Positions 28,601 to 39,144 of a stretch of 64,000 nucleotides of DNA are shown here, piece after piece. The translations under genes and the position numbers were made by a program. The notes below the pieces were generated by a model that ran no database searches, was not told where the DNA came from, and saw only the letters and a list, made by a program, of their open reading frames with translations. The DNA comes from Candidatus Woesearchaeota archaeon (lineage in GTDB: Archaea > Nanobdellota > Nanobdellia > Woesearchaeales > JABGXB01), in contig JABGXB010000003.1 of assembly GCA_018675975.1 (NCBI GenBank), positions 331,821 through 395,820 of the forward strand. The letters run 5' to 3'. Positions within the stretch are counted from its first letter, which is position 1, and each line of letters begins with the position of its first letter.

Positions 28601-31111
28601 ATGAAATTTTTCAATTTTTTTAGTGAGAATTTAAAAAAATTAAAAAACCTATATTTTTCTTTAAATCAAAAAGAAGAATTACTTATGCCCAATAAAATAT
28701 ATTTTAATAATACTAGAAAAACTAATGCACATTTAGAAGAAATGTTAAGTTCTGGTATTTCTGCAAAATTAATAGAAGGTCCACAATTATATGTAGTTCC
28801 AAAACCATTGAATTATTTTAGTGAAGAAATACAAACTTATGGAAGTGCACTTACACAATCAATTGGAATTGTATCCGACATTCAACAATTTTGTAATATT
28901 GCAAAAAAATTAGAAAAAATATTTGTAAAAAGAGAAGATATGATAACAATTGAAGATACAATTGATATTGAACCAAATTTAGAATTAGTTAGTGAAAGTG
29001 ATTATGATATTGTTAAATATTTACAAAATGTATTAAAAACGAGTCAAAATTATGCAGAAGATAAAATTGTAGAATTTTTTTTTCCAAATTATAAATCAGA
29101 AAAAAAATCACCTGAAAAATTATTAGAAGAAAAAGTAAAAGAATATGAAAGTTTACCTGTTGATTATGATAAAACTAAAAATATAATTCGTGAGCTTTCA
29201 AATACAAGTAATATATTTTTATTTGGGAGAAATTTACTGCAATCAAGTAAATATAATAAATTAGATGAAAAAGAAAAAAAAATAGTAAAAAACAAATTTT
29301 ACAATCACATTCCAAATTTATTAAAATTTTTAAAATCACCAAAAGTATATTTAGTTAATGAATTAAATATAAATGAAAAATATGTAAATGAAAACTTCAA
29401 TTCTAAAATTAATAGCGAAAATTTAAAACAAAATTTGGCAGAATATTTTAATTTGCAAAACATAAGAATGAGTTTGTTTGGTGAAAGAGAAAGAGAGAAA
29501 AAAAGCGAAATTGTAGTTGAAAATAAAAATCATGAACAAAATAAATTAAGTAAAAATGAATGGAAAGAAATATTATTAGATTTTTCATACTTTATTTTGG
29601 GAGAAGAATATGGTTCTTCAGAATGTGTGTCTGAAAATTTAAAAAGTATTGCAAATGTTCAAGCAGAAAGTTCAATGCTTTTACAAGCAATATATAAAAC
29701 ATTTGAAGGGGGAGAAGAAATTAATCCCACATTATTAAATATATTTTGGCCAAAATATATTTCAGAATTAGGAAATAAAAATAGTTCTGGTAATAAAATA
29801 ATTAACTTGAATAAAGAATCAAATGTGGGAGATGAATTCATTAATAGTATAATAAATGAATATAAGAGTGCAAAAAAAAGATCAATAACTCTTTCAGATT
29901 TAGTTAAGACAATCCCAGAATCAAACATAGAAAAAAAAGATGAATATAAACAATTAATTTATCAAACTTCAATGACAGTACTATATGGTTCATTATTAGA
30001 ATTAAAAAGAAGAAATATAACTATTGAAAGTAATTATATGATTACGAATTATATTAATACAATATTGCAAAGCTCAGGGTTACCATTATTATATGAAATT
30101 ACAAATAAAAATGGAACTGGAGAAACAAATACAGAAATAGAAAAAAAACAAGCCATATTAGATAAAATTAATGAAAATTTAAAAATCTTATTTTGTGAAT
30201 CAAAAACAAATAACCATCATGGAAGAATATCAAGATCAACTATTGATTATATTTTTATTAATGGTGTCAAAAGTGACCATAATCAAATGGAATCATTAAG
30301 AACATTACCACAAAATGCTTATACAAGCTCACAAAAAAATAATACAGAAATATTTAAATTATTATTTAACTCAGATTTGTCAACTGTAATTTTTAACTTT
30401 ATAAGATTTTTATCTAAATATAAAAATAATGCATTAGAAAAATTAAAAGATGAAGTTAAAAAGAAAAAATATGAAAGATTTTACAAATTAAATGAACATC
30501 TTGCATTAGCAACACTTAATTCAAAATTTTTAAATGAACAATTATTTACAATAGAAGATAATAGTGAAGAGTTTAATGAATTTAAATCTTTATTCAAAAT
30601 TGATGAAAATGAAACACCATATGTAAGAGATGGATTAATTAATGGACAAATAATTGATTTAATTAGAAGACCATTAACAAAAGAAGATTTAATTGTTAAA
30701 AACATATTAAATACAGATAAAAATTTTATTGGAATAGATGTTAATGATGATGAATATAAAAAATTATTAAAAGAAGGAACATTAGGTCTATTACAAACTA
30801 CATTTCCCCAAACACATTTTATAAAAAAATCACAATTAGAAGAAATATCAAAAAGAAAAATAAGTCAAAGTGAAATTGAAAAATTAAAAAGAAAAAATAA
30901 AAAAATAAATTTAAGTGCAGTAAAAAAAAACATAAAAAAAAAGAAAAAAGAACAAAAAAAAGCAACTCAAGAATTAAAAGAAGAAAACAATATTGCTGAA
31001 AGTCAAAATATTCTTAAAAGACTTTCAAAATTAACAGATTCTGAAAAAGTATTATTAGAAATGGGTAAAAGTGAAACTCAAAATTTAATTACTTTTAATC
31101 AACAAAACTAG
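28601..31111 (+). CDS. Large hypothetical protein
   Basis: 836-aa ORF with basic C-terminal region. No motif recognised. Start uncertain (ATG 28685 is an alternative). Confidence 0.75.
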   Translation: MKFFNFFSENLKKLKNLYFSLNQKEELLMPNKIYFNNTRKTNAHLEEMLSSGISAKLIEGPQLYVVPKPLNYFSEEIQTYGSALTQSIGIVSDIQQFCNIAKKLEKIFVKREDMITIEDTIDIEPNLELVSESDYDIVKYLQNVLKTSQNYAEDKIVEFFFPNYKSEKKSPEKLLEEKVKEYESLPVDYDKTKNIIRELSNTSNIFLFGRNLLQSSKYNKLDEKEKKIVKNKFYNHIPNLLKFLKSPKVYLVNELNINEKYVNENFNSKINSENLKQNLAEYFNLQNIRMSLFGEREREKKSEIVVENKNHEQNKLSKNEWKEILLDFSYFILGEEYGSSECVSENLKSIANVQAESSMLLQAIYKTFEGGEEINPTLLNIFWPKYISELGNKNSSGNKIINLNKESNVGDEFINSIINEYKSAKKRSITLSDLVKTIPESNIEKKDEYKQLIYQTSMTVLYGSLLELKRRNITIESNYMITNYINTILQSSGLPLLYEITNKNGTGETNTEIEKKQAILDKINENLKILFCESKTNNHHGRISRSTIDYIFINGVKSDHNQMESLRTLPQNAYTSSQKNNTEIFKLLFNSDLSTVIFNFIRFLSKYKNNALEKLKDEVKKKKYERFYKLNEHLALATLNSKFLNEQLFTIEDNSEEFNEFKSLFKIDENETPYVRDGLINGQIIDLIRRPLTKEDLIVKNILNTDKNFIGIDVNDDEYKKLLKEGTLGLLQTTFPQTHFIKKSQLEEISKRKISQSEIEKLKRKNKKINLSAVKKNIKKKKKEQKKATQELKEENNIAESQNILKRLSKLTDSEKVLLEMGKSETQNLITFNQQN

Positions 31112-31261
31112 AACATATACATTACAAAACCAGATGTTTTAAAATTATTTAAAAGACTCTATAAAATCTATATTTTTTGAAATACAAAGTTATTCAAATA
31201 AATATTTATAAAAGTAATAATAACACTAAAAAGATAATTATACTATAATATAGTAAAATTT

Positions 31262-31696
31262 ATGGGGTTAAATATGATAAATAAAAAAAGTTTATTGGCA
31301 TTATGTACATATACACTAATTTCAAGTTCAAACCTTTATACTAAAGAAGAAGCTATTGTAGACTATAAAACACCTATTACAAATGCTCAAACAGAATCAA
31401 TTAAATTTAAATTACCGTTATTTTATGGTTTAAATCCAAATACTAATAGAAATTTATATGGATCAAATATAAATAATGTAGGACGATCAACAGAAGAACA
31501 TAAAAACTCTATTGGAGATTTTTTAAAAAAACATGAAAAATCAATTTATACAGGATTAGGAGTTGCAGCGTTATTTTGTCTAAAAAATAAATGTTGGAAA
31601 ACTAAGACTGTTAAACCTCCAATAAATGAATCAGAAATACTTACAGAAACGGGTAGCGGACCAGATTTTGTTCCAACAGGAACTCATAGGTTTTGA
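31262..31696 (+). CDS. Hypothetical secreted/membrane protein
   Basis: Signal-like N-terminus and a second hydrophobic patch IYTGLGVAALFCL. Confidence 0.6.
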   Translation: MGLNMINKKSLLALCTYTLISSSNLYTKEEAIVDYKTPITNAQTESIKFKLPLFYGLNPNTNRNLYGSNINNVGRSTEEHKNSIGDFLKKHEKSIYTGLGVAALFCLKNKCWKTKTVKPPINESEILTETGSGPDFVPTGTHRF

Positions 31697-31757
31697 ATAT
31701 AGTTATTATAATATATAATTGTTTTTAAACCCAATAAAATACTTTAAAACATAACAT

Positions 31758-33842
31758 ATGAGATATAAAATGAGGACGAAAAAAACTTTAATATTTGCAT
31801 TATTATTAATAGTCTGTTTAGGATTAGTTAATGCAATTCAATATAATTTTGAAGTAAGAGATCAAATAACTAATGACTTAATTCAAGATGAAATAAAAGT
31901 ATTGACTTTTGAATGTTTAAATTCAGATTGTTCACAAACTATTCAACATAATATAGTAAAACATTTTTTCACAGGACAAGTTGAATATAAATTTCCAATA
32001 ACACCATTAGGAAATAAAAAATTTAAATTAAAAATTCTCAATAAAAATTATTTACCAGAAAATCTAGATATTACAATAAGAAATGATGTAGATTTAGGTT
32101 TAGACATTTCAATAGATAGAAAAAATGGACCTGTTTTATTAAAAAATGCATTAAATTGTTATGCACCAGTTATTAGATTAGATGAAATAAATTCATTAGG
32201 AAAAGGTGCACCATTAATAATAAAATATCAAACAAATATTCAATCCGATATTGGTTCACCATTTGAATTTACAAAAAAATTATCAGATGCAGAATTACAA
32301 AGTAATGATTATTTAGAATATTTAAAATCAAAAGTAGATCTAACTTTACAAATTAATAGAAATGGCCAGGAAGTAAAAGAATTTGAAACAGTATTAGAAA
32401 TGATTCCTGATGAAATTTCAGAATTTGAATTTGCATACACTCCACAAACAGCTGGAATTTATACTTTTGAAATGCAATCTCATATTGAAAATAGTGGAAT
32501 TTGTTTATCTACAAGTCAATCAAATCACGAAAGCACTGTAAGTATTGAAGAAAATGCACCTGAAGAAAATTCATGTAGTTCAAGAATTCATAATTTACAA
32601 TTTACAAGACCAGTAATTGGTGCTGATAATACAGTTATTGTTTCTGGTGAAGTATATTCAAGAAAATCAACTGGAGATAATTTAGAAACAAATTTTGTAC
32701 CAGTTCCAACTCAAGTTACTTTAACAACACCTGGAAGTAATAATCCATTAATTGTTAATTTAGATGAAAATGAAAATAATTTATTACAAACAATTACATT
32801 TCCAAACTCATTAAATGATATTGAAATTTATAATTTAGAAGTTGTTGCAGAACCAAATGATGTTTCATGTATTAGAAAAACAAGTCAAACAAAAAGTTTA
32901 GATGTAAAAAGAGATATAAGTTTAGTTAGTACAACAAATGGTTTAATCTTTAAATCAATTCCTGATGCAATTATATCCATTACAAATCCAAATTACATTG
33001 TGGACTTAACTGAAAGAACAGTTGATTTTGAAGGAGACATAGTTACATATAAAGCAACTGCAACTGGTTTTAATTATGAAAAATTTGAATTAAAATTAGA
33101 AAATAATAATTTAATTATTAGTCTTAAAAATTCAAATGATTACTTTGATTCATATTTAACAAATGTACAAGTAACAGCTAATGATGGTACTAATAAAGTG
33201 ACTCGAACATTTAGAGTAAGAACACCATCAGCAAGAGGAGATACAGTAGCAATTGCAAAATTCCCAAATAAAATATATGAAGGAGTACCAGCAATATTTG
33301 ATGCAAGTGAAACAATTACAAGAACTGGTATTCAAATTACAGAATATGAATGGGATTTTGGCGACAATACACCTATCCAAAGAGGAAGAACTGTAGTTCA
33401 CACATATGAAGACTCTGGATTTAAAATATTAAAATTAACTGTAAGAGACAGTGCAAGAAATATTGACATTGCACAATATCCTATAAACATATTAGATTCA
33501 TTTGAAAATGTTGATATCGAACCAATGGATTTTGAGGTTAATAAATTTATATTTAGAAACCAAGAAGTTAAACCTGGAAATAAAATATCAACAATATTAT
33601 CATTTACAAATGATGCAGAAAAAGACTTAGATAATATAAGAATAGTACTTATAATTAAAGAACTTGGCTTACACAAAACAATTGGACCAATTTCAATTGA
33701 CAATAAAGAAACTTGGACAAGACAAGTTGATTTAGATGTACCAAAAAATACAATGCCTGGAGAATATTATGCTTCATTAATAATTAGTAATGGAGAGTTT
33801 TCAAGACACAAGTATAACTTTGTAAGATTATTAGAAAATTAA
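31758..33842 (+). CDS. Secreted multi-Ig-fold surface protein with PKD domain
   Basis: Signal peptide, cadherin-like VTANDG, PKD motif FDAS...ITEYEWDFGD...VVHTY..G...LTVRD, CARDB-like C-terminus. Confidence 0.8.
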   Translation: MRYKMRTKKTLIFALLLIVCLGLVNAIQYNFEVRDQITNDLIQDEIKVLTFECLNSDCSQTIQHNIVKHFFTGQVEYKFPITPLGNKKFKLKILNKNYLPENLDITIRNDVDLGLDISIDRKNGPVLLKNALNCYAPVIRLDEINSLGKGAPLIIKYQTNIQSDIGSPFEFTKKLSDAELQSNDYLEYLKSKVDLTLQINRNGQEVKEFETVLEMIPDEISEFEFAYTPQTAGIYTFEMQSHIENSGICLSTSQSNHESTVSIEENAPEENSCSSRIHNLQFTRPVIGADNTVIVSGEVYSRKSTGDNLETNFVPVPTQVTLTTPGSNNPLIVNLDENENNLLQTITFPNSLNDIEIYNLEVVAEPNDVSCIRKTSQTKSLDVKRDISLVSTTNGLIFKSIPDAIISITNPNYIVDLTERTVDFEGDIVTYKATATGFNYEKFELKLENNNLIISLKNSNDYFDSYLTNVQVTANDGTNKVTRTFRVRTPSARGDTVAIAKFPNKIYEGVPAIFDASETITRTGIQITEYEWDFGDNTPIQRGRTVVHTYEDSGFKILKLTVRDSARNIDIAQYPINILDSFENVDIEPMDFEVNKFIFRNQEVKPGNKISTILSFTNDAEKDLDNIRIVLIIKELGLHKTIGPISIDNKETWTRQVDLDVPKNTMPGEYYASLIISNGEFSRHKYNFVRLLEN

Positions 33843-33915
33843 CAATACCAATCAAAAACACTTCAAAAAAAAACACTACAAAAAATAAGAAATATATGTG
33901 GGGTAAGCATAAAAA

Positions 33916-35187
33916 ATGAAAAGCAAAAAAATGTTGTTATTAACTATGTTAGTATTCGTAACTTTATTAGCATCAATTAGTTTTGCAAGCGCAGCTGTAA
34001 TTCCAGTAAGCGATGTAAGAGTTGAAATTAATGATCACGATGTAAGTAAAAAAGGCGAAAGCGAAATAGTTTTGAACTTAAAAAGAGATAGAACAATTGA
34101 AGTTGAAGTTGAGTTTGAAGCAGACGAAAATGCAGATGATGTAAGAATTAGAGCAGAAATCGTAGGTTATGAACACGACCGAAGAGACAGATTAGTTGAT
34201 ATGACTAATTACTTCAATTTAAGAGAAAACAATAGATATGTAAGAACATTACAATTAAATCTACCAACACTAATGGATAAAGGTGACTATACAATAGATG
34301 TACAGTTATTAAAAAGAAATGCTGATACAAAAACATTTAGTTTCCCAGTTGTTATTGATACACAAGATGACGCTATGGAAATACGAGATGTTATTTTTAC
34401 ACCAGGTAACTCCATTAAAGCTGGAACTAGTTTTATTACTAATGTTAGACTTAGAAATATCGGTAATGAAGAACAAGATAATGTTAAAGTAACTGTTGCA
34501 ATTCCTGAATTAGGAAGAGTTGATGCAATCTATATTGATGAAATTGAAGAAGAAGAATACAAAACTTCAGAAGGTTTAGTAATTAATGTACCATTATGTG
34601 CTGATGAAAAAAAATATGAAGTATTAGTATTGGTAGATTATAATGCTTTTGAACAAGAAGAACAAAAACATTTTATCACAGTTACTAAAAATGATGCTTG
34701 TAATGCAGACAGTAGTTTAACAGGTGTAAAAAGTTTTAATGCACAAGCTGTTGTTGGTTCTGCAAATTCAATTGCTGGAAACAAAGTAAGTTTTCCTGTA
34801 ATCTTATCAAATCCAAGTGATAATTCAAAAACTGTAATTTTATCACCACAAGGAGCTGATGATTTAGGAAATGTTAAAGTTTCACCAAATTGGGTTGTAG
34901 ATTTAGCACCATTTTCAACTATGACAGCATATGTTGAAGTAACACCAGCTAATAATGTTGCAGAAGGTGAACATTCATTCACAATTTCAGCAACAGATGG
35001 AACTAACACTAAATTACTAAATTTTGCAGTAAATGTAAAACCTGGATCTGCTAGTACAGCAAGTTCATCAAGTAATTGGGTATTAATTTCAGTAGTAATT
35101 GTAGCAGTATTATTAATCATAATCATAATTATCGTTTTATTTAATAAAATGAATAATGATGATGAAGATGAAGAAGACTATTACTAA
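33916..35187 (+). CDS. Putative S-layer / cell-surface protein (CARDB-like repeats, C-terminal TM anchor)
   Basis: Signal peptide (ASA-A), VRLRNIGNEEQDNVKVTVAIPELG, Ser-rich spacer, TM helix, acidic tail ending EEDYY, strong T-tract downstream. Confidence 0.7.
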   Translation: MKSKKMLLLTMLVFVTLLASISFASAAVIPVSDVRVEINDHDVSKKGESEIVLNLKRDRTIEVEVEFEADENADDVRIRAEIVGYEHDRRDRLVDMTNYFNLRENNRYVRTLQLNLPTLMDKGDYTIDVQLLKRNADTKTFSFPVVIDTQDDAMEIRDVIFTPGNSIKAGTSFITNVRLRNIGNEEQDNVKVTVAIPELGRVDAIYIDEIEEEEYKTSEGLVINVPLCADEKKYEVLVLVDYNAFEQEEQKHFITVTKNDACNADSSLTGVKSFNAQAVVGSANSIAGNKVSFPVILSNPSDNSKTVILSPQGADDLGNVKVSPNWVVDLAPFSTMTAYVEVTPANNVAEGEHSFTISATDGTNTKLLNFAVNVKPGSASTASSSSNWVLISVVIVAVLLIIIIIIVLFNKMNNDDEDEEDYY

Positions 35188-35222
35188 ATTTTTTAATTTT
35201 TTTTTAATTTTTTTTATAATTT
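35188..35222 (+). terminator. Oligo-T archaeal terminator
   Basis: Three consecutive T-runs immediately after the stop of 33916-35187. Confidence 0.6.
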
Positions 35223-35236
35223 AAAAAGAGAAGAAC

Positions 35237-36436
35237 ATGAAAAGAAAATATTTAATATTATTAATGATCGTAATTTGTATAAATTTAATTAGTGCTTATT
35301 CTATTGAATATCAAAGTCAAGAATATGAAATGTGTAATATAGTAAAAGGTAATTTTACAATTTTTAATTCAGACTTAGAAAATAGTGAATTTGAAATAAT
35401 TAATAATAATGACAAAATTAAAATTGCAAAAAATCATAATATTAAAAATAATAAAACAATTAACTTCGAATATGAACCAATATGTGAGTTCACAGGCGAA
35501 GTAAGAATAAATGTTTTAATTAAAAATAATGAAAATACAAAACAATTAACATTCCCAATCAAATTAATTTCAAAATCAAAAGAAAGTATAAGTTTTAATA
35601 ATCAAAAATCAGAAACAAATAATTTAAAATTAAATTTATGTAATACAACAAATTTGAAATTCGATTTTAATAATGATAATAATTATGATACAGCATATTT
35701 AATTGAAATAAAAGATACAGATTTCGAAAATTTAAATCGAAGTCAAGTTATAAAAATAAATGCAGAGAATTCTGAAGAGTTTAATTTTGAATTAAATAAT
35801 CAAACAAAAAGAACTCAATTCAAATTAGAACATACAAATGTTTTAACAAATCAATTAGAAGAAATATATTTTAATGTAAATATAAATTCAAATCAAAATT
35901 GCACTAGTGAATTAATTAATTTAAGTCCAAGAGAATTTAATTATTATGGATATGGATTATTAATATTAATATTTATTTTATTATTAATATCATTATTTGG
36001 AAACCATAAATCAAAAATTAATTTAAGAAAAAATAAAAAAGAACCAGTATTAATATTAAATAAACCCGAAAAACACAAATTTCTAAAATATCAAAATAAA
36101 ATTGAACAAATAAATAATATTAATGAAAAATTAAAAGAATTAAAACAAACATTAAGTAAACAAGTAAAAGAAATAGAAAAAATCAAAAGTAATGAAGATA
36201 AAAAACCAGATATTAAAATCAAACCATCAGAAATATTAGATAAATATAAAGAAAAGAAAATAATAGAAAAGCCAAAAAAAACAATTAAAAAAATTGTTAA
36301 AAAAGTAAATAAAAAAATAGTAAAGAAAACAATAAAAACAAAACCAGTAATTAAAAAATCAGCAAAAATAGTTAAAAAAACAAATAAAAAAGTAGTGAAA
36401 AAAGCAATTAAAAAAAAAAGTAATAAAAAAAAATAA
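35237..36436 (+). CDS. Membrane-anchored surface protein with Lys-rich repeat tail
   Basis: Signal peptide, beta-rich domain, TM helix, coiled coil, KKxxx repeats at the C-terminus. Confidence 0.7.
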   Translation: MKRKYLILLMIVICINLISAYSIEYQSQEYEMCNIVKGNFTIFNSDLENSEFEIINNNDKIKIAKNHNIKNNKTINFEYEPICEFTGEVRINVLIKNNENTKQLTFPIKLISKSKESISFNNQKSETNNLKLNLCNTTNLKFDFNNDNNYDTAYLIEIKDTDFENLNRSQVIKINAENSEEFNFELNNQTKRTQFKLEHTNVLTNQLEEIYFNVNINSNQNCTSELINLSPREFNYYGYGLLILIFILLLISLFGNHKSKINLRKNKKEPVLILNKPEKHKFLKYQNKIEQINNINEKLKELKQTLSKQVKEIEKIKSNEDKKPDIKIKPSEILDKYKEKKIIEKPKKTIKKIVKKVNKKIVKKTIKTKPVIKKSAKIVKKTNKKVVKKAIKKKSNKKK

Positions 36437-36483
36437 TTTATATTTAACATATCTTTAAAAATAAATTTTATTTCTTATATATT

Positions 36484-36756
36484 ATGAATATAATGGATTA
36501 TGCTCAAAATTTGTTAAATTATGCAAAAGAAATGAGCAGATTAGATCAAAAATTAGCAAAAAAATACATAAAATCAGCAATAACCCTATTGAAAAAAAAA
36601 ACAATAAATGTACCAAATGAATGGAAAATATATTATTGTAAAAAATGTTTTTATGTACTAAATCCAAATAATACTAAATTTAGAACACATAATAAAAAAT
36701 TAACCATCAAATGTAATAATTGTGGCAATATAAAAAGAAAAATTCTAAAAAAATAA
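36484..36756 (+). CDS. rnp4: RNase P protein subunit Rpp21
   Basis: LAKKYI..A, K.YYCKKC...L.P, IKCNNCG.IKR zinc ribbon. Confidence 0.88.
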   Translation: MNIMDYAQNLLNYAKEMSRLDQKLAKKYIKSAITLLKKKTINVPNEWKIYYCKKCFYVLNPNNTKFRTHNKKLTIKCNNCGNIKRKILKK

Positions 36757-36809
36757 TAACTACTGTGAAGTAAATAAAAATTTATAAATAAAAATTTACA
36801 TTTATAATT

Positions 36810-37358
36810 ATGAATAAAATATTTACATTATTAGTATTATTTACATTAATTAATGGAGTTAATGCATATAATTCACCATGGTCTTTTTCATATGAAGAAG
36901 CAGAAGGTGACTATTTTGATAATTTTGGAAATCAAAAATATCAATATAGACAAAATGAACAATATGGATATGGTATTGTAAACTCAAATTATGATTATAG
37001 TGATGATTATATAGATTATAGTAAACAATATAATCAAGGATATGGAAGATATCAAGATTATTATAATAGAAATATTAATAGATTTTTACCACAAACTATT
37101 TGTTTAGATTTTTGTAATAAACCAAAATATGAAAAAACCACATATAATAAAGATTTAACAAGAGAACAATTAAATCAAGAAACTATATTTGGATCAAATA
37201 ATGATTTAAGTTTTAATAAATTAGGATTTTATACAAGACAAAGAAAAACAGTAAGCTCTGGATTAGGATATAATTCCAGACCAATTATACAAAATAAATT
37301 TGAAATTTATAATATTAAAAAGAATAATGGATACATAAACAGTTTTTATTTAAAATGA
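36810..37358 (+). CDS. Secreted Tyr/Asn/Gly-rich protein (paralog 1)
   Basis: Signal peptide (VNA-Y), NSPWSFSY, Tyr-rich low complexity. Confidence 0.7.
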   Translation: MNKIFTLLVLFTLINGVNAYNSPWSFSYEEAEGDYFDNFGNQKYQYRQNEQYGYGIVNSNYDYSDDYIDYSKQYNQGYGRYQDYYNRNINRFLPQTICLDFCNKPKYEKTTYNKDLTREQLNQETIFGSNNDLSFNKLGFYTRQRKTVSSGLGYNSRPIIQNKFEIYNIKKNNGYINSFYLK

Positions 37359-37993
37359 TAAACAAAAAATATATAATAATTATAGCATTAATGGCATTAT
37401 TATTAATTAATAATTCATATGCATACAATTTAGAAAGAAATTCACCTTGGTCTTATAGCAATACATTTAGTAATAGTCAATATGAAAATGCATGGGGAAC
37501 ACAATCTTCAAGTTATAATTATGATAATAAATATGCATATGGAGATTATTCTAGAAAAATAAATTATGAAGATAATTATAGACAATCAGGTTTAAATTAT
37601 AAAGCCGGATATGGAAATTACGGCAGTTATGATGATAATCGATATTTAAGAGGAGACAATAGATATTATGATTGTAAAAATTGTATAACTAGAGACAGAT
37701 ATGATGGATTTTATTGGGATTATATTAATAGTTATTCAGATTATCATTTAGATGAAAAAAGTATATATTATCAAGAAACTGACAATTATAAAAAATATAT
37801 AAAACCACATCAAACATATACAGGACCAGGAGTTTTTTACAAATATACATATAATCGAAATTATAATTCCGGTTTAAATGAAAATTATGAATATCAATAT
37901 AGTAGAGATAATAATAATTTTTATAATACAAATTTATTTGTAAGGCCATTTGGACAAAGTTATAGAGAATATAACAATTGGTTGTGGAATTAA
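37355..37993 (+). CDS. Secreted Tyr/Asn/Gly-rich protein (paralog 2)
   Basis: Signal peptide (SYA-Y), NSPWSYSN, Tyr-rich, ATGA overlap with paralog 1. Confidence 0.7.
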   Translation: MINKKYIIIIALMALLLINNSYAYNLERNSPWSYSNTFSNSQYENAWGTQSSSYNYDNKYAYGDYSRKINYEDNYRQSGLNYKAGYGNYGSYDDNRYLRGDNRYYDCKNCITRDRYDGFYWDYINSYSDYHLDEKSIYYQETDNYKKYIKPHQTYTGPGVFYKYTYNRNYNSGLNENYEYQYSRDNNNFYNTNLFVRPFGQSYREYNNWLWN

Positions 37994-38030
37994 TTAAAAG
38001 TTTATAAATTCTTTAAAATTATTAAAACTA

Positions 38031-39143
38031 ATGGAAAAAAAAATTCAAAAGTTAGATCCTACAACAAAAGTAAAATTAAAAAAACTTCTAAAACAATTAG
38101 ATTCAATTAGAGCAAGACATACAGAACTAATTACAGTATATATTCCAGCAGGTTATGAAATAACTAAAAAAATTCAACACTTACAAGATGAACAAGGAAC
38201 TGCCACTAATATTAAATCTTCATCAACTAGAAAAAATGTAATTAATGCAATTGAAAAAATGATACAAGCATTAAAAATAGTTGGAAGAACACCAGCAAAT
38301 GGATTAGCAATATTTGCAGGAAACATAAGTGAAAAAGAAGGTTTTGAAGACTATAAAGTATTTTCTTATGAACCAACAATACCAATGAATCAAAATTTAT
38401 ATAGATGTGATAAAATATTTATTACAGATGTTTTACATGATTTCATTGATGACGATGAATTATTTGGACTGGTTGTCTTAGATAGAAGAGATGCCACAAT
38501 TGCATTATTAAAAGGAAAATCCATTCAAGTTTTAAAAAAAACACATTCAGATATACCAGGAAAAACAAAAGCAGGTGGACAATCTGCAATGAGATTTCAA
38601 AGATTAAGAGTTGATGCAACTGATCAACACTATAAAAAAATTGCAGAATATATGAAAAATGAATTTCTATTTAAAGAAAATTTAAAAGGTATTTTAGTTG
38701 GTGGACCAGGAGTTACAATAAATGATTTCTTAACAAAAGGATTCATAACAGGAGATGTTCAAAAAAAAATAATAGGTACTGCAGATTTAAGTTATACAGA
38801 TGAATGGGGCCTAAAAGAATTATTAGAAAAATCCCAAGACATACTTTCAAATGAAATTATCATTGAAGAAAAAAAATTAGTAGATGAAATTTTAACCTTA
38901 TTAAGAGATCAATTTAATAAAGTTGCATATGGAATTGATGATGTAAAAAAAGCACTAGAAATGGGTGCAGTTGCTAGATTATTAATATTAGAATCAATTG
39001 ATGAAAATTTAAGTGAAGAATTAGAAAATATTTGCCTTAATTTTAAAGGAGAAGTTAAATATATAACTGACGACACAGAACACGGTGCACAGTTAAAAGC
39101 ATTAGGTGGAGTTGTTGCAAAATTAAGATATCCAATTGAATAA
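38031..39143 (+). CDS. prf1: Peptide chain release factor aRF1
   Basis: TELITVYIP, NIKS, YRCD, GKTKAGGQS. Confidence 0.97.
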   Translation: MEKKIQKLDPTTKVKLKKLLKQLDSIRARHTELITVYIPAGYEITKKIQHLQDEQGTATNIKSSSTRKNVINAIEKMIQALKIVGRTPANGLAIFAGNISEKEGFEDYKVFSYEPTIPMNQNLYRCDKIFITDVLHDFIDDDELFGLVVLDRRDATIALLKGKSIQVLKKTHSDIPGKTKAGGQSAMRFQRLRVDATDQHYKKIAEYMKNEFLFKENLKGILVGGPGVTINDFLTKGFITGDVQKKIIGTADLSYTDEWGLKELLEKSQDILSNEIIIEEKKLVDEILTLLRDQFNKVAYGIDDVKKALEMGAVARLLILESIDENLSEELENICLNFKGEVKYITDDTEHGAQLKALGGVVAKLRYPIE

Positions 39144-39144
39144 A

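Noticed and set aside
31109..31180. TAG readthrough or recoding after the 836-aa ORF
   Set aside because: Only about 22 further codons, and conserved genes in the window show no in-frame stops, so the standard code fits.
11795..36780. Shared TAAC(C/T)A..AGT motif upstream of the TATA boxes of several ORFans (about 11800, 24630, 36760)
   Set aside because: Spacing and sequence vary too much to separate from chance in this AT-rich background without a statistical test.
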